DNA from: Wujia sp.
GTDB lineage: Bacteria; Bacillota; Clostridia; Lachnospirales; Lachnospiraceae
Assembly: GCA_051877775.1 (NCBI GenBank)
Contig: JBJEJF010000008.1
Location: 27,408 to 91,407, forward strand
Reading direction: 5' to 3'
Length of the DNA: 64,000 nt
In this document: positions 40,306 through 49,659 of the stretch, piece after piece
Numbering within the stretch: the stretch's first letter is position 1
Layout: every line of letters starts with the position of its first letter
Program-made: the position numbers and the translations under genes
Notes under the pieces: generated by a model
Seen by the model: the letters and a program-made list of their open reading frames with translations, nothing else
What the model was told of the DNA's origin: nothing
The model's database searches: none

Positions 40306-40877
40306 TTACAGATATAATTCCGTTCTTCTGAGTGAAGTGTACGGCTTCCCCTGACGAATCCGCCTTAATTCATCTAAATCAATATCCACATAAATAATCT
40401 TCTCAGTATCATCTGCCTTTGACAGAATTTCACCTTCCGGAGATACCACCAATGATTCTCCGGCAAACTCCATCGCATCTTCCCTGCCAACCCGATTACA
40501 CATTGCAATCACAACACTATTTTGAAATGCCTGTACACATATTTCCATTTCAAACATCTTCATTGGCTCCTGCTTTGTATTTACAGTTGGAATTAATATC
40601 AAATCAGCACCCATAAGTACCTCTGTGCGAATACTCTCCGGATAATGTCTATCGAAACACACAACGACTCCAACCTTGCCAAAGATTGTATCAAATACCT
40701 GAAATCCTGTGTCAGACGGCATATAGTAGTCCTGTTCATAGAAATGCTCTGCCTGGGCAATGTGGACCATTTTCTGAATTCCAAGTATTGTGCCTTCATG
40801 ATCGATCCATTCAAACTTTTTGTCAGATTCTCCTGCATGGAACCCGCATTTTCCATTTGAAACATAGCCAATCTCAT
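40306..40877 (-). pseudogene. Carbon-nitrogen hydrolase (nitrilase superfamily) with internal deletion and frameshift
   Basis: MRLAMFQMENAGSMQENLTKSL (ATG 40877, SD GGAGG) is in one frame. IDHEG..QKMVH..VCFDRHYPE..NRVG is in another. The intervening FPE catalytic-Glu segment is absent. Confidence 0.8.
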
Positions 40878-40916
40878 CCTGTAAGCCCTCCTCCAAATAT
40901 AATTTATAATTATGTT

Positions 40917-42068
40917 CTAATCCCTGCATAGCTTTTCAGTTTTATAAATCATAACAAACAGTAAAATCAAAAAGAAACTAAGATAAACAGGCATAAAATT
41001 CAAACTCATATAATTGGCAATCAGACCGAAGATCGGAGGCATGAACGTTGAACCAACATAAGCACTTGCCATCTGAATGCCGATAATACCCTGTGAATTT
41101 TCTGCGCCAAAATTTTTTGGAGTAGAATGGATAATACAAGGATAAACGGGGGCACATCCAAGACCAATTATAACAAACCCTATAATCGATGTAACTTTTA
41201 ATGGAAGTGCAATGCAGAGAACACCCAATAATGCAATGCCCGTACCAAGACGAATCATTTTATTATCCCCCAGTTTGTCTGTGACAAATCCGGACACAAA
41301 TCTTCCGGCTGTAATTCCGATAAAAAACAGCGATGCAAATGCGGCAGCCTTATCTTTCGTTATGCCCCTTGTTCCCTCGAGATAACTGCTTGCCCAGAGC
41401 ATTGTTGTAGCTTCTGCAGCGCAATACGCGAGAAATCCAATCAAGAGATATGGTACACCTTTTATTTTTAATGCGCCCTTTATCCCAAGAATCTTAGTAT
41501 TATCTTCCCCAACAGCCACTGTCTCATTAATTTTCCATAGTGGCAACGTAAATAACAGCAAACCGGCAATACCAAACTGCAGATATGCCACTCTGCGATA
41601 TCCGTCTGTCCATGCAGTATGCACAAGCGCATAACTCATAATATAAGGACTGATGATCGTCCCCACACCCCAGAAACAATGCAGCCAGCTCATATGTCTG
41701 GAATTATAATGTAATGCAACATAATTGTTCAACGCTGCATCAATCGCTCCTGCACCAAGTCCATAAGGTATTCCCCACAAACACATCTGATAAAACTCCG
41801 TTGATGTAGAAAATCCAAGCAAAGCAACTGCAGTAAGAAAAACACTTACAATTGTCACAGTTCTTGTTCCGAATCTTTTTGTAAGCCGTTCTGACATCAG
41901 ACCTGAAAAGATAGTTCCGCCTGATATAACCATAGAAATCAAACCCATATATGATAATGGTACATCAAAGTCAGTACGGATCGTAGGCCAGGCTGAACCC
42001 AACAAAGAATCCGGCAATCCAAGACTAATAAAAGCAATGTATATTACAGCTAACAACAATAAATACAT
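40917..42068 (-). CDS. MFS transporter (FucP-like)
   Basis: YIAFISLGLPDSLLGSAWP, GAGAIDAALNNY, GLGCAPVYP. About 12 TM segments. Confidence 0.92.
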   Translation of the reverse strand: MYLLLLAVIYIAFISLGLPDSLLGSAWPTIRTDFDVPLSYMGLISMVISGGTIFSGLMSERLTKRFGTRTVTIVSVFLTAVALLGFSTSTEFYQMCLWGIPYGLGAGAIDAALNNYVALHYNSRHMSWLHCFWGVGTIISPYIMSYALVHTAWTDGYRRVAYLQFGIAGLLLFTLPLWKINETVAVGEDNTKILGIKGALKIKGVPYLLIGFLAYCAAEATTMLWASSYLEGTRGITKDKAAAFASLFFIGITAGRFVSGFVTDKLGDNKMIRLGTGIALLGVLCIALPLKVTSIIGFVIIGLGCAPVYPCIIHSTPKNFGAENSQGIIGIQMASAYVGSTFMPPIFGLIANYMSLNFMPVYLSFFLILLFVMIYKTEKLCRD

Positions 42069-42105
42069 TTTATTCCTCTTCCAATTCATCCATAGATAAT
42101 TAATC

Positions 42106-42534
42106 TCAGTGCGATTGTTTTAATCTTTCTTTAAGACATTCGTATCTTAATCTTTTTTCTTCCTTGGCAAAATGCACCTCACGAAATTGCTCAGGATTAT
42201 TCTCGTACACTAATATTTCATCTCCAAACTGTTCACTTGTAAGATCAAAAATACAATCACCCACAACATTATAGCAATGATAATTACCACCCGGTCTTAA
42301 AATACCATATACTTTGCCCCCAAAAATATCCTGAGCCAGAAATGCTGTAATAGAACACTGTCCAAGTGTCTTATTATCCTTACTCCATTGATCCCGCATC
42401 CTCGGCGCACATGTATCGGCACACCATATCTCCGACAGTGCATCATAGAGATCCCAGGGTGTTTCTATTCCTTTATATTCTTTATTTACAGCCGGCACAT
42501 CAGCATATTGCCATCCATAAAAATGATATTCCAT
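42106..42534 (-). CDS. YunG-like protein
   Basis: W..DT, GQCSITA..QDIFGG, HCYN, DLTSEQF. Confidence 0.75.
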   Translation of the reverse strand: MEYHFYGWQYADVPAVNKEYKGIETPWDLYDALSEIWCADTCAPRMRDQWSKDNKTLGQCSITAFLAQDIFGGKVYGILRPGGNYHCYNVVGDCIFDLTSEQFGDEILVYENNPEQFREVHFAKEEKRLRYECLKERLKQSH

Positions 42535-42578
42535 ATCTGTTCCTTTCTCTGTAGCAGCGAACATGTCCTGCAAGCATA

Positions 42579-43130
42579 TTATTTTCTCCGGTAATAATCG
42601 TTGATTACCTGAATTACTTTATCCTGGTTTTCTATTATTTTATATCGATACAAAATTGGTCTTTCCTGATCCCCCTTATAAACATTTAAATACATATCTC
42701 CCTCATCGCGCACTTCACGCTCTACAGAAAATCTACATTTTGTTTTCGAACATTCTCCATTAATTGTAACAAAGTAATCCTTGGTCAGATACGCATATTT
42801 TCCATGACGTCTGACCAGAAGAATCTGTATGGTACTGATTATAGTATTTCCACATATGAGAATACTGCCAAATGCCAAAATCGCCGAATGAAGGAAAGAA
42901 ATACTCACATAAATGCAATACAGCATCACTATGCAAGACAGAAAATTAAACAAAATAGATTTTACATAATCTTCTTTCGCGTGTTGAAGGTCCAGTAATC
43001 TGGTTGCCGGGATTCCCAGTTTTTTCATCATATTAATACGGTTCAAACCGGTCATGGTATTCACAAAACATTTTATAACCGGAATTCCAAAGAAAATCCC
43101 TGCAGCAACACAGATTACTTCCCACATCAT
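42579..43130 (-). CDS. Hypothetical membrane protein
   Basis: 183-aa ORF with SD (AGGAG) and three hydrophobic segments. Confidence 0.7.
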   Translation of the reverse strand: MMWEVICVAAGIFFGIPVIKCFVNTMTGLNRINMMKKLGIPATRLLDLQHAKEDYVKSILFNFLSCIVMLYCIYVSISFLHSAILAFGSILICGNTIISTIQILLVRRHGKYAYLTKDYFVTINGECSKTKCRFSVEREVRDEGDMYLNVYKGDQERPILYRYKIIENQDKVIQVINDYYRRK

Positions 43131-43161
43131 CTTACATCTTTCTCCTTCTCATCTGCCAGAC

Positions 43162-43296
43162 TTACTGTGACTCTTTTTTGTTATCCTTTTCTACATTTTT
43201 ATCCGGCTTCTCAGGACCATTCTCAATCCACCATGCCAGAGCAGCAAAAAAAATAACAATTACAATACCAACAACAGAAATAATTATATCAACCAT
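43162..43296 (-). CDS. 44-aa single-TM microprotein
   Basis: MVDIIISVVGIVIVIFFAALAWWIENGPEKPDKNVEKDNKKESQ. Perfect SD GGAGG. Confidence 0.75.
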   Translation of the reverse strand: MVDIIISVVGIVIVIFFAALAWWIENGPEKPDKNVEKDNKKESQ

Positions 43297-43298
43297 GT

Positions 43299-43339
43299 TA
43301 GTCCTCCATATTTTTAATTTAATAAAATATGAATGACTA
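43299..43339 (-). promoter_or_regulatory. SD-sequestering stem-loop starting at the upstream stop codon
   Basis: TAGTCATTCATATTTT pairs with AAAATATGGAGGACTA at 15 of 16 positions (one G-U). Confidence 0.7.
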
Positions 43340-43735
43340 TGCTTTTTGCCCATCCTTATCATGTATAAATCTTATAATAAATTTTTGACTCAGGTTTATA
43401 TTTCCTGTCGTAAGAATATGAAAAGTCCAAAATACCAGAACTATATTTCCAATATATAAAAAAACGTTTCCAAAAAATCTGCTATTATCCAGACCGGTTT
43501 TTCCCGATGAAAAATGCCTGCCAAACAGAGATTGTGTTGAAGATATCTCTTCCGCATGAGCAATCAATACAACACTATATTCCTGTGAGATATGTTTCGC
43601 TGTTTCCTGCGAAGAGTAATCTGAAAGATTTACAATACTATCATTATTTACAGAGAAAAAAGAGCACAAAAGTAGCACAAAAGCAAACAGTAACGAAAAA
43701 TATTTCCTATTTTCTCCTGATGACTTATTTTGCAT
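43337..43735 (-). CDS. Membrane-targeted protein ending IIRFIHDKDGQKA (candidate ribosome-arrest leader)
   Basis: 132 aa with an N-terminal signal/TM, polar spacer, second hydrophobic stretch and HxxDGxK near the stop. Confidence 0.7.
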   Translation of the reverse strand: MQNKSSGENRKYFSLLFAFVLLLCSFFSVNNDSIVNLSDYSSQETAKHISQEYSVVLIAHAEEISSTQSLFGRHFSSGKTGLDNSRFFGNVFLYIGNIVLVFWTFHILTTGNINLSQKFIIRFIHDKDGQKA

Positions 43736-43749
43736 CTCTCTGTCCCCCA

Positions 43750-43968
43750 CTAGTATTCCTTTCCTATATCTCCATCAATTCCATACATTTCTTTAAACTT
43801 CTCAAGATCCGCACCATCACGAATGAACATCACATCCTCAAACCTGCCTGTATGGATATCCTTGAATCCTGCAACCTGCTCACCAGTACAAATACTCGCT
43901 TTGATAACAGGTTTTTTATTTTCTTTATCATATTGTATAATATTTTGTTTTTTCTTAAATAATCCCAT
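43750..43968 (-). CDS. Conserved small hypothetical protein
   Basis: PVIKASICTGEQVAGFKDIHTG motif, which I recognise from Clostridia small proteins. No function supportable. Confidence 0.75.
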   Translation of the reverse strand: MGLFKKKQNIIQYDKENKKPVIKASICTGEQVAGFKDIHTGRFEDVMFIRDGADLEKFKEMYGIDGDIGKEY

Positions 43969-44626
43969 ATTTAATCCTATCAATTTCTAATGTGTCCTCT
44001 GTTACCCTGCATCCAAGGTACAATATCTTCACACCTGCTGCTTTTGCCTCTTCAAGTGCCTGTCCAAATTCTTTATGGGTTGCCACATTTGGACGTACTT
44101 CATGGATACCCTCCATCTGAATCACAAATGCCACATAACACTGATATCCTGCCTTTACAGCTTTGACAAGTTCTCTTAAGTGCTTCACGCCTCTCTCAGT
44201 GGGTGCATCCGGAAAATACCCGATACCATCCACCTCCAGAGTACAACCCTTGACTTCCATCAGAAATTTTTCTTCTCCCTTTTCCATATAGAAATCAATT
44301 CTCGAATCCCCGTAGGTATACTCTGGCTTAATATAAGTGTATTCCTGTTGTTCAAGCCATTCCATAACCACTTTGTTCGGAGCCTGACTATCAATATTCA
44401 CCCAACCTGAATTTTCTTTGTATACACCGATTAAGTCATATTTTGTCTTGCGCTTCGGATTATCCGATACCTCTAGAATCACATCGACGCCGGGAAGAAG
44501 CAGCTCCCTGCATCTTCCGGTATTCTTTACGTGTACCGTTTCTAATCTGCCATCCACCAGCACCCTCGCAATAAACCGGTTAGGTCTGCTGTCAAATTTA
44601 CCATATGTTATATGCTCATACTTCAC
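43955..44626 (-). CDS. sfsA: DNA/RNA nuclease SfsA
   Basis: RPNRF, HVKNTGRCRELL, SRIDF, EVKGCTL, FPDAPTERGVKHL. Confidence 0.95.
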   Translation of the reverse strand: MKYEHITYGKFDSRPNRFIARVLVDGRLETVHVKNTGRCRELLLPGVDVILEVSDNPKRKTKYDLIGVYKENSGWVNIDSQAPNKVVMEWLEQQEYTYIKPEYTYGDSRIDFYMEKGEEKFLMEVKGCTLEVDGIGYFPDAPTERGVKHLRELVKAVKAGYQCYVAFVIQMEGIHEVRPNVATHKEFGQALEEAKAAGVKILYLGCRVTEDTLEIDRIKYGII

Positions 44627-44654
44627 TTATATACCTATTTCCTAAAGCTGTATT

Positions 44655-46796
44655 CTATATTTTTCTACGTTCTCTGCCTGTTAGCTTATAATATTCATCT
44701 TTATCTTCATACATAAGCTTATCTGCCAGTTCTTTTATCTCATCAAAATTCAGATCATCATGTTCTTCACCCACAACAATTCCTTTTGATATGGAAAGCT
44801 TGTATTGACGATTACCTTTCCATCTGGCAACAATATGCTCGAAGGTATGAATCATATCATCAAGTTCCTGTTTTGTACATTTCAGCAAAGCTACGAACTC
44901 ATCTCCACCGATTCTATACACTTTTCCATACTCACCCATAGATGTCGACATGCATTTTGCAGCGCCGATAATCAACTCATCTCCAGCTAAGTGTCCATAT
45001 GTATCATTCGTCTCCTTCAATCCATTTACGTCCATCATAATTATGGTGATTTCCGAAGCAGTATTAGTCTCCAATATTTTCAGACAATCTCTTTCATAAG
45101 CACGACGATTGAAAAGTCCTGTCATATCATCTGTGATCGACAGTCTTCTTCTCTCTTCAAGCTCTTTTGCTGCTTTTCGCTCTCGGATATAGATAAGGAA
45201 AAATACGATTCCCATCATCATTAATCCTATTATAAAAATAATAACACTCGACGAAAGAAGTTCTATTATATTGATCTTATCAGGATTGAGGTCTTCTACG
45301 ACCAGATACCAGTCCAACTCCTCCATATATTTTGTCATTCGGCTGGTTTCCGCATTCTGCTCATATGTAAAATCTTCAGAAGAAACATCATCCAGATACG
45401 AATTATCCAGATAATCCAGCTCAATTCGTTTTGCATCTGAATCGACCTGTATCAATCCATCCTTGTCAATCAGATCAATTTTTATGTCATAGTTTAGTTC
45501 ATATCGTTTCAGAAGATCCTGCAAATCTGTCATTTCAACACCAATGCCACATACTCCCAGATATTTTCCATTTTCATCTGTAATCTCTGTATTAACAAAA
45601 ACAGATAACTCCCATTGATTGGCCTCGTCTGTATCTACATCCAGATCATAATGTTTTCCTTCTTCCAAAAACAATTTGTACCATATGTCATGATCATCAT
45701 TTTCTATATCAAGATACTTTGTAATACCATTATAGGTATAGTATGCCTTTGACGCATCACAGACAGCAAAAACCATCTGATATCCAAAACCTGTTCTTAT
45801 AGAATCAAGATATGTCGCCACTTCGTCTTCCACCTGTCTTGGAAAACCATCGCTGCTTTTTTTCATATACTGTTTCAGGCTGTAATCATTTGACATCGTT
45901 TCCGCAACTATGATCGGTTTAAGGAATTCATTTTCAATGCCATCACTTACCATATGCGCAATCATCATACTGTTACTCTCAGAATTTTGCGCAGAAATCC
46001 GTTTCATGGAAACGATACAGGAGATAATAGATGCACTCATACTGATTGTCATTATTACAAATAAAACCACAATCTCAAGAGATTTTCGTTCCTCATCTTT
46101 CCTTGCCTTTATCTGGCTCCACTCCTTCAGATAAGCAAGAAGCATAACGAGCATCGCAACAAATATACCAATATTGGTTATTGATATACCGTAAAATAAC
46201 GTCTGCAAAATAATTGCTATCACTGGTGCAAACGCATAAAGCAAGAGTGCAGCCAGCATGGTCTTGCTTACGACTTTTCTATATCGTATGCTCATTGCAC
46301 TACTGATAAGAATACATATTAGATTTAATACTGTATAGACATACCAGCCTGTATTTCTGTGGTAAAGATTAGATTCATCAAAATAGTACATCCATTTGTT
46401 AAACAGATTTGTGAATAATATGACTAGATTAACAAGTACACATACCTTAACAATATTTATATATATTTTACCTGGTGTAGCACCTTTTTCCTGTAAGAGA
46501 TCATACATATATTTTATAAACAGATTAATAAGCATTATATTAAGAAAAAATACAACAAAATTGCTGATTCTGTTCATAAAAACATTAAATCCAGCCGTGT
46601 GACCCCGAAAAATATATGCGCATGCTTCAAAAAAGAAAATGAACGAGATCGAAAATAGCATCTTTTTAAGTGTTTTCCAACTATTTCTCTCCTGTCCGTT
46701 CATCATAATGATTGCAGAGAGCATAAGGCAGAAAAATCCGGCAAATATTTCAATTGTGGCCTGCGTTATCCCTAAACTCGTAATATTCATACGCAT
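44655..46796 (-). CDS. Membrane diguanylate cyclase (multi-TM + Cache-like + GGDEF)
   Basis: DDMTGLFNRR, DVNGLK..ND..GH..GD, RIGGDEF, AD..MY..K. Confidence 0.92.
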   Translation of the reverse strand: MRMNITSLGITQATIEIFAGFFCLMLSAIIMMNGQERNSWKTLKKMLFSISFIFFFEACAYIFRGHTAGFNVFMNRISNFVVFFLNIMLINLFIKYMYDLLQEKGATPGKIYINIVKVCVLVNLVILFTNLFNKWMYYFDESNLYHRNTGWYVYTVLNLICILISSAMSIRYRKVVSKTMLAALLLYAFAPVIAIILQTLFYGISITNIGIFVAMLVMLLAYLKEWSQIKARKDEERKSLEIVVLFVIMTISMSASIISCIVSMKRISAQNSESNSMMIAHMVSDGIENEFLKPIIVAETMSNDYSLKQYMKKSSDGFPRQVEDEVATYLDSIRTGFGYQMVFAVCDASKAYYTYNGITKYLDIENDDHDIWYKLFLEEGKHYDLDVDTDEANQWELSVFVNTEITDENGKYLGVCGIGVEMTDLQDLLKRYELNYDIKIDLIDKDGLIQVDSDAKRIELDYLDNSYLDDVSSEDFTYEQNAETSRMTKYMEELDWYLVVEDLNPDKINIIELLSSSVIIFIIGLMMMGIVFFLIYIRERKAAKELEERRRLSITDDMTGLFNRRAYERDCLKILETNTASEITIIMMDVNGLKETNDTYGHLAGDELIIGAAKCMSTSMGEYGKVYRIGGDEFVALLKCTKQELDDMIHTFEHIVARWKGNRQYKLSISKGIVVGEEHDDLNFDEIKELADKLMYEDKDEYYKLTGRERRKI

Positions 46797-46907
46797 ACTC
46801 CATTTCTATGGTTATCCTGTGTAACTAATCAACTCTATATGAATATAAAATTGTAGCACAATATCTGCGTTCAAACAAGCGTCATTCTCATATTTAATAT
46901 ACACTTA

Positions 46908-48272
46908 TTATGTATTTAACAAATTAATGACACTCTGTTCACTTTGATTAGCCTGTGCCAGTATTGATTGTGCCACTTGTAACAAAATGTTTTCTTTACT
47001 GTTTACCACCATTTCACTTGCCATATCTGTAACTCGAATGTTTGACTCTGCACTCTGTAGGTTCTCACTGTAATTTGAGAGATTATTTATTGTAAACTCT
47101 AAACGGTTCTGCTTTGCTCCAAGTTCTGAACGTAATTTTGATACTTTAATATTTGCCTTATCAAGCATATCAATCGAAGCAGACGCTATATTATGATTTT
47201 CTACACCAACATCACTTATACCAAGTATCGCTGTATTCATCGCATTGATGGTAATTTTCATATTCTCACCAGCATTTGCTCCAACTTGTAAATATAGTGG
47301 TTTTCCTCCAATTTGTTCCTCTTTTGCCCTTTCAAATGTATAATCGACACCTTCTACAGCTAAAGCATTTAATTTACGTGATGGAATTACCTTATATAAT
47401 GTTCCTTCATCTAAGCCAACTCCATCAGCTTGGTCATATTCCTCTGTATCTCCCATCACATGAATACCCAAAAAATCTTTCAACTCATCAGGTGTATATC
47501 TTTGACCTGTAGATATGTCTTCATAATACAATGCACCATAGGTTGTTACATTTTTCATCATATAAACCAAATCATCTTCTTTCCATTTATCTGGTGAAAT
47601 AGAACTAACACCTATTCTTAACCAAGTCCAATCATCATCCCATGGTTCTTTATAATATGTTGCGGGACTTGAACTCCCCTTATATAACTTAGCATCTGGA
47701 TTTATCGACAAATACTCAGCAAGGGCTTTTGTTCCTTGTAAATCATTTTTGTATCTTGTTCCATTCTCATCAAAAATGTATTTCTTAGAATAATTTCCCT
47801 GAATAGATAAACTCACACTTGCTTCTTTCACAACTTTTGTTGAGCTATCCCCCAATTCTCCATTCAGCAATTTTCTATTATTGAATGCGGTTGTATCTGA
47901 AATTCTATCTATTTCCTTTTTTAATTCATCCAACTCTTCCTGTATGGCATTCCTATCTTCTACAGAATTAACATCATTAGCACCTTGAACCGACAATTCT
48001 CTCATTCTTCTTATTATTGTACTCATTTCATCAAGTGCACCTTCTGCTGTCTGTATCAATGATATGCCGTCCTCTGAGTTTTTTACCGCTTGATTCAATC
48101 CTCTTATCTGATTTCTCATCTTCTCAGAAATAGACAGACCTGCTGCATCATCAGCTGAACGATTTATTTTATATCCCGAAGCAAGCTTCTCTATTGTTTT
48201 TTTTCGTCTTTTAACCGTACCACCCAATGTTCTTTGAACATTCATAGCCTGTAAATTATGCGATATTACCAT
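46908..48272 (-). CDS. Flagellin (orphan copy)
   Basis: EKLASGYKINRSADDAAGLSISEKMR, RMRELSVQ, QVGAN, RSELGAKQNRLE, LAQANQ. Confidence 0.96.
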   Translation of the reverse strand: MVISHNLQAMNVQRTLGGTVKRRKKTIEKLASGYKINRSADDAAGLSISEKMRNQIRGLNQAVKNSEDGISLIQTAEGALDEMSTIIRRMRELSVQGANDVNSVEDRNAIQEELDELKKEIDRISDTTAFNNRKLLNGELGDSSTKVVKEASVSLSIQGNYSKKYIFDENGTRYKNDLQGTKALAEYLSINPDAKLYKGSSSPATYYKEPWDDDWTWLRIGVSSISPDKWKEDDLVYMMKNVTTYGALYYEDISTGQRYTPDELKDFLGIHVMGDTEEYDQADGVGLDEGTLYKVIPSRKLNALAVEGVDYTFERAKEEQIGGKPLYLQVGANAGENMKITINAMNTAILGISDVGVENHNIASASIDMLDKANIKVSKLRSELGAKQNRLEFTINNLSNYSENLQSAESNIRVTDMASEMVVNSKENILLQVAQSILAQANQSEQSVINLLNT

Positions 48273-48454
48273 TTTTCTAATCTCCTATAGTATTTCACAT
48301 ATTAATCATTATTCTTATATTTAATATCGACATTATTATTCAAAAAAATAACTTTATATGAGCATTTATATACTCATATTATTTTACATTATATTTCCAC
48401 TCATAGCAATATTACCATTTTAATAATAATATACATAAAAAGGAGCTGATTACT

Positions 48455-48688
48455 ATGATTAATGTAGATTATGGTTATATCCGTATTAATTTGGATAAGA
48501 TTATGAAAGAACAAAACATCAGCATCAACAAGTTAGCATTCCGTGCTGAAATGCAACGCACACAGCTTAAGGCATATATTAAGAACGAAGTTCAGAGACT
48601 TGATATTTCTGTATTAGCAAGACTTTGTTATGCCCTTGAATGTTCACTTGATGAACTAATCGAATATGTACCTAATTCCAACTCATAG
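48455..48688 (+). CDS. XRE/Cro-C1 HTH regulator, divergent from the flagellin
   Basis: ISINKLA, LARLCYALECSLDELIEY. Confidence 0.88.
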   Translation: MINVDYGYIRINLDKIMKEQNISINKLAFRAEMQRTQLKAYIKNEVQRLDISVLARLCYALECSLDELIEYVPNSNS

Positions 48689-48700
48689 AACAAAGAAAGC

Positions 48701-48739
48701 ATGAGAGAGCATCTTTTATGACACTCTCTCATTTTTTTT
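48701..48739 (+). terminator. Intrinsic terminator
   Basis: ATGAGAGAG...CTCTCTCAT followed by a T tract. Confidence 0.75.
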
Positions 48740-48780
48740 GAAAAAAATTTATTTATTTTTCAGTTTATTAGTATCTCTGA

Positions 48781-49011
48781 TTATTTTATTGCCTTGCGTA
48801 CTCTTAGCAGACTTAGCAATCTCATATAACGGATAAATACAACTGTTTTACATTTAATGAATATTACAAAAAAAGCATATAAAATTACCGACAGTATTAT
48901 CCATTCATCATCGATAGTAATCTCATCGACATTAACTGCATTTGATAGAAGTAATTCCCTATTCTCTTCCGGAAACTTTTTAAAATCTTCAACGGATTTA
49001 ATCTTTTCCAT
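48781..49011 (-). CDS. Small hypothetical protein, possibly a truncated or chimeric remnant
   Basis: SD AAGGA before MEKIKSVEDF. The acidic N-terminal half switches abruptly to an atypical hydrophobic tail after DDEW. Confidence 0.45.
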   Translation of the reverse strand: MEKIKSVEDFKKFPEENRELLLSNAVNVDEITIDDEWIILSVILYAFFVIFIKCKTVVFIRYMRLLSLLRVRKAIK

Positions 49012-49021
49012 AACATTTCCT

Positions 49022-49300
49022 TTAGCAGTAAAATTCAATATCTCCATAGAAACCTATCCACTTATTGATTATCTCAACACTTCTGGCTTCTATGATTCTC
49101 ATTATATTTTTTAAAACTGTTTTAGATATATTGGAATTATTATTTGCAAGAAGACAATTTCCAGACCTAGTTATCCATACTTTTGTTGCATTCTCAACTG
49201 GTCTGCCTTCTGCAATATGCACATGTATAGGTTCTCTTGGCATACCTTCATTTGCCCAAAAGAAAACCCAATATGAACCAACTTTAAAAACCTGAGGCAT
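49022..49300 (-). CDS. DUF4160-family protein
   Basis: MPQVFKVGSYWVFFWANEG..EPIHVHI..ATKVWI. Confidence 0.85.
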   Translation of the reverse strand: MPQVFKVGSYWVFFWANEGMPREPIHVHIAEGRPVENATKVWITRSGNCLLANNNSNISKTVLKNIMRIIEARSVEIINKWIGFYGDIEFYC

Positions 49301-49556
49301 GTTCAAAACCTCCGTCCTTAGAAAATTCAATAATAAGATGTGCTGTCGACTTAATAATATCTAAAAAGTACTCTTTTTCATCTTCATTATATCCAAAGTC
49401 ATCTTCTATTCTATAGGATGGCAAATAACAAGTCATATGGTGAAAGCCATCCTCTTCATCAGGAGTCTCAATATATACTTTTACTTCTCCATTATCCTTC
49501 ATCTCTGAATGTACAATCTCTGTACCATCTTCTAATGTCATAAATGGATACATCAT
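49284..49556 (-). CDS. Acidic small protein overlapping the DUF4160 gene
   Basis: MMYPFMTLEDGTEIVHS..VKVYIETP. Overlaps the downstream gene by 17 bp. Confidence 0.8.
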   Translation of the reverse strand: MMYPFMTLEDGTEIVHSEMKDNGEVKVYIETPDEEDGFHHMTCYLPSYRIEDDFGYNEDEKEYFLDIIKSTAHLIIEFSKDGGFEHASGF

Positions 49557-49609
49557 AATAATCATCTCCCTATCTGAAAAAACTTCATTATAAATATGCG
49601 CAATTTATT

Positions 49610-49659
49610 AAAAATAAAGAAGCCTCTGCTACTGTTATGGAACAGTAACAGAAGCCTCT
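49610..49659 (-). terminator. Terminator of the ppdK transcript
   Basis: A 19-bp stem that pairs fully (with G-U) only on the minus strand, followed by TTATTTTT. Confidence 0.75.

Noticed and set aside
43750-43968. Aspartate dehydrogenase label that I recall being attached to this small family
   Set aside because: 72 aa with no Rossmann motif, so the label is not supportable.
47300-47860. Proteolytic flagellin (flagellinolysin) insert
   Set aside because: No HExxH motif in the variable region.
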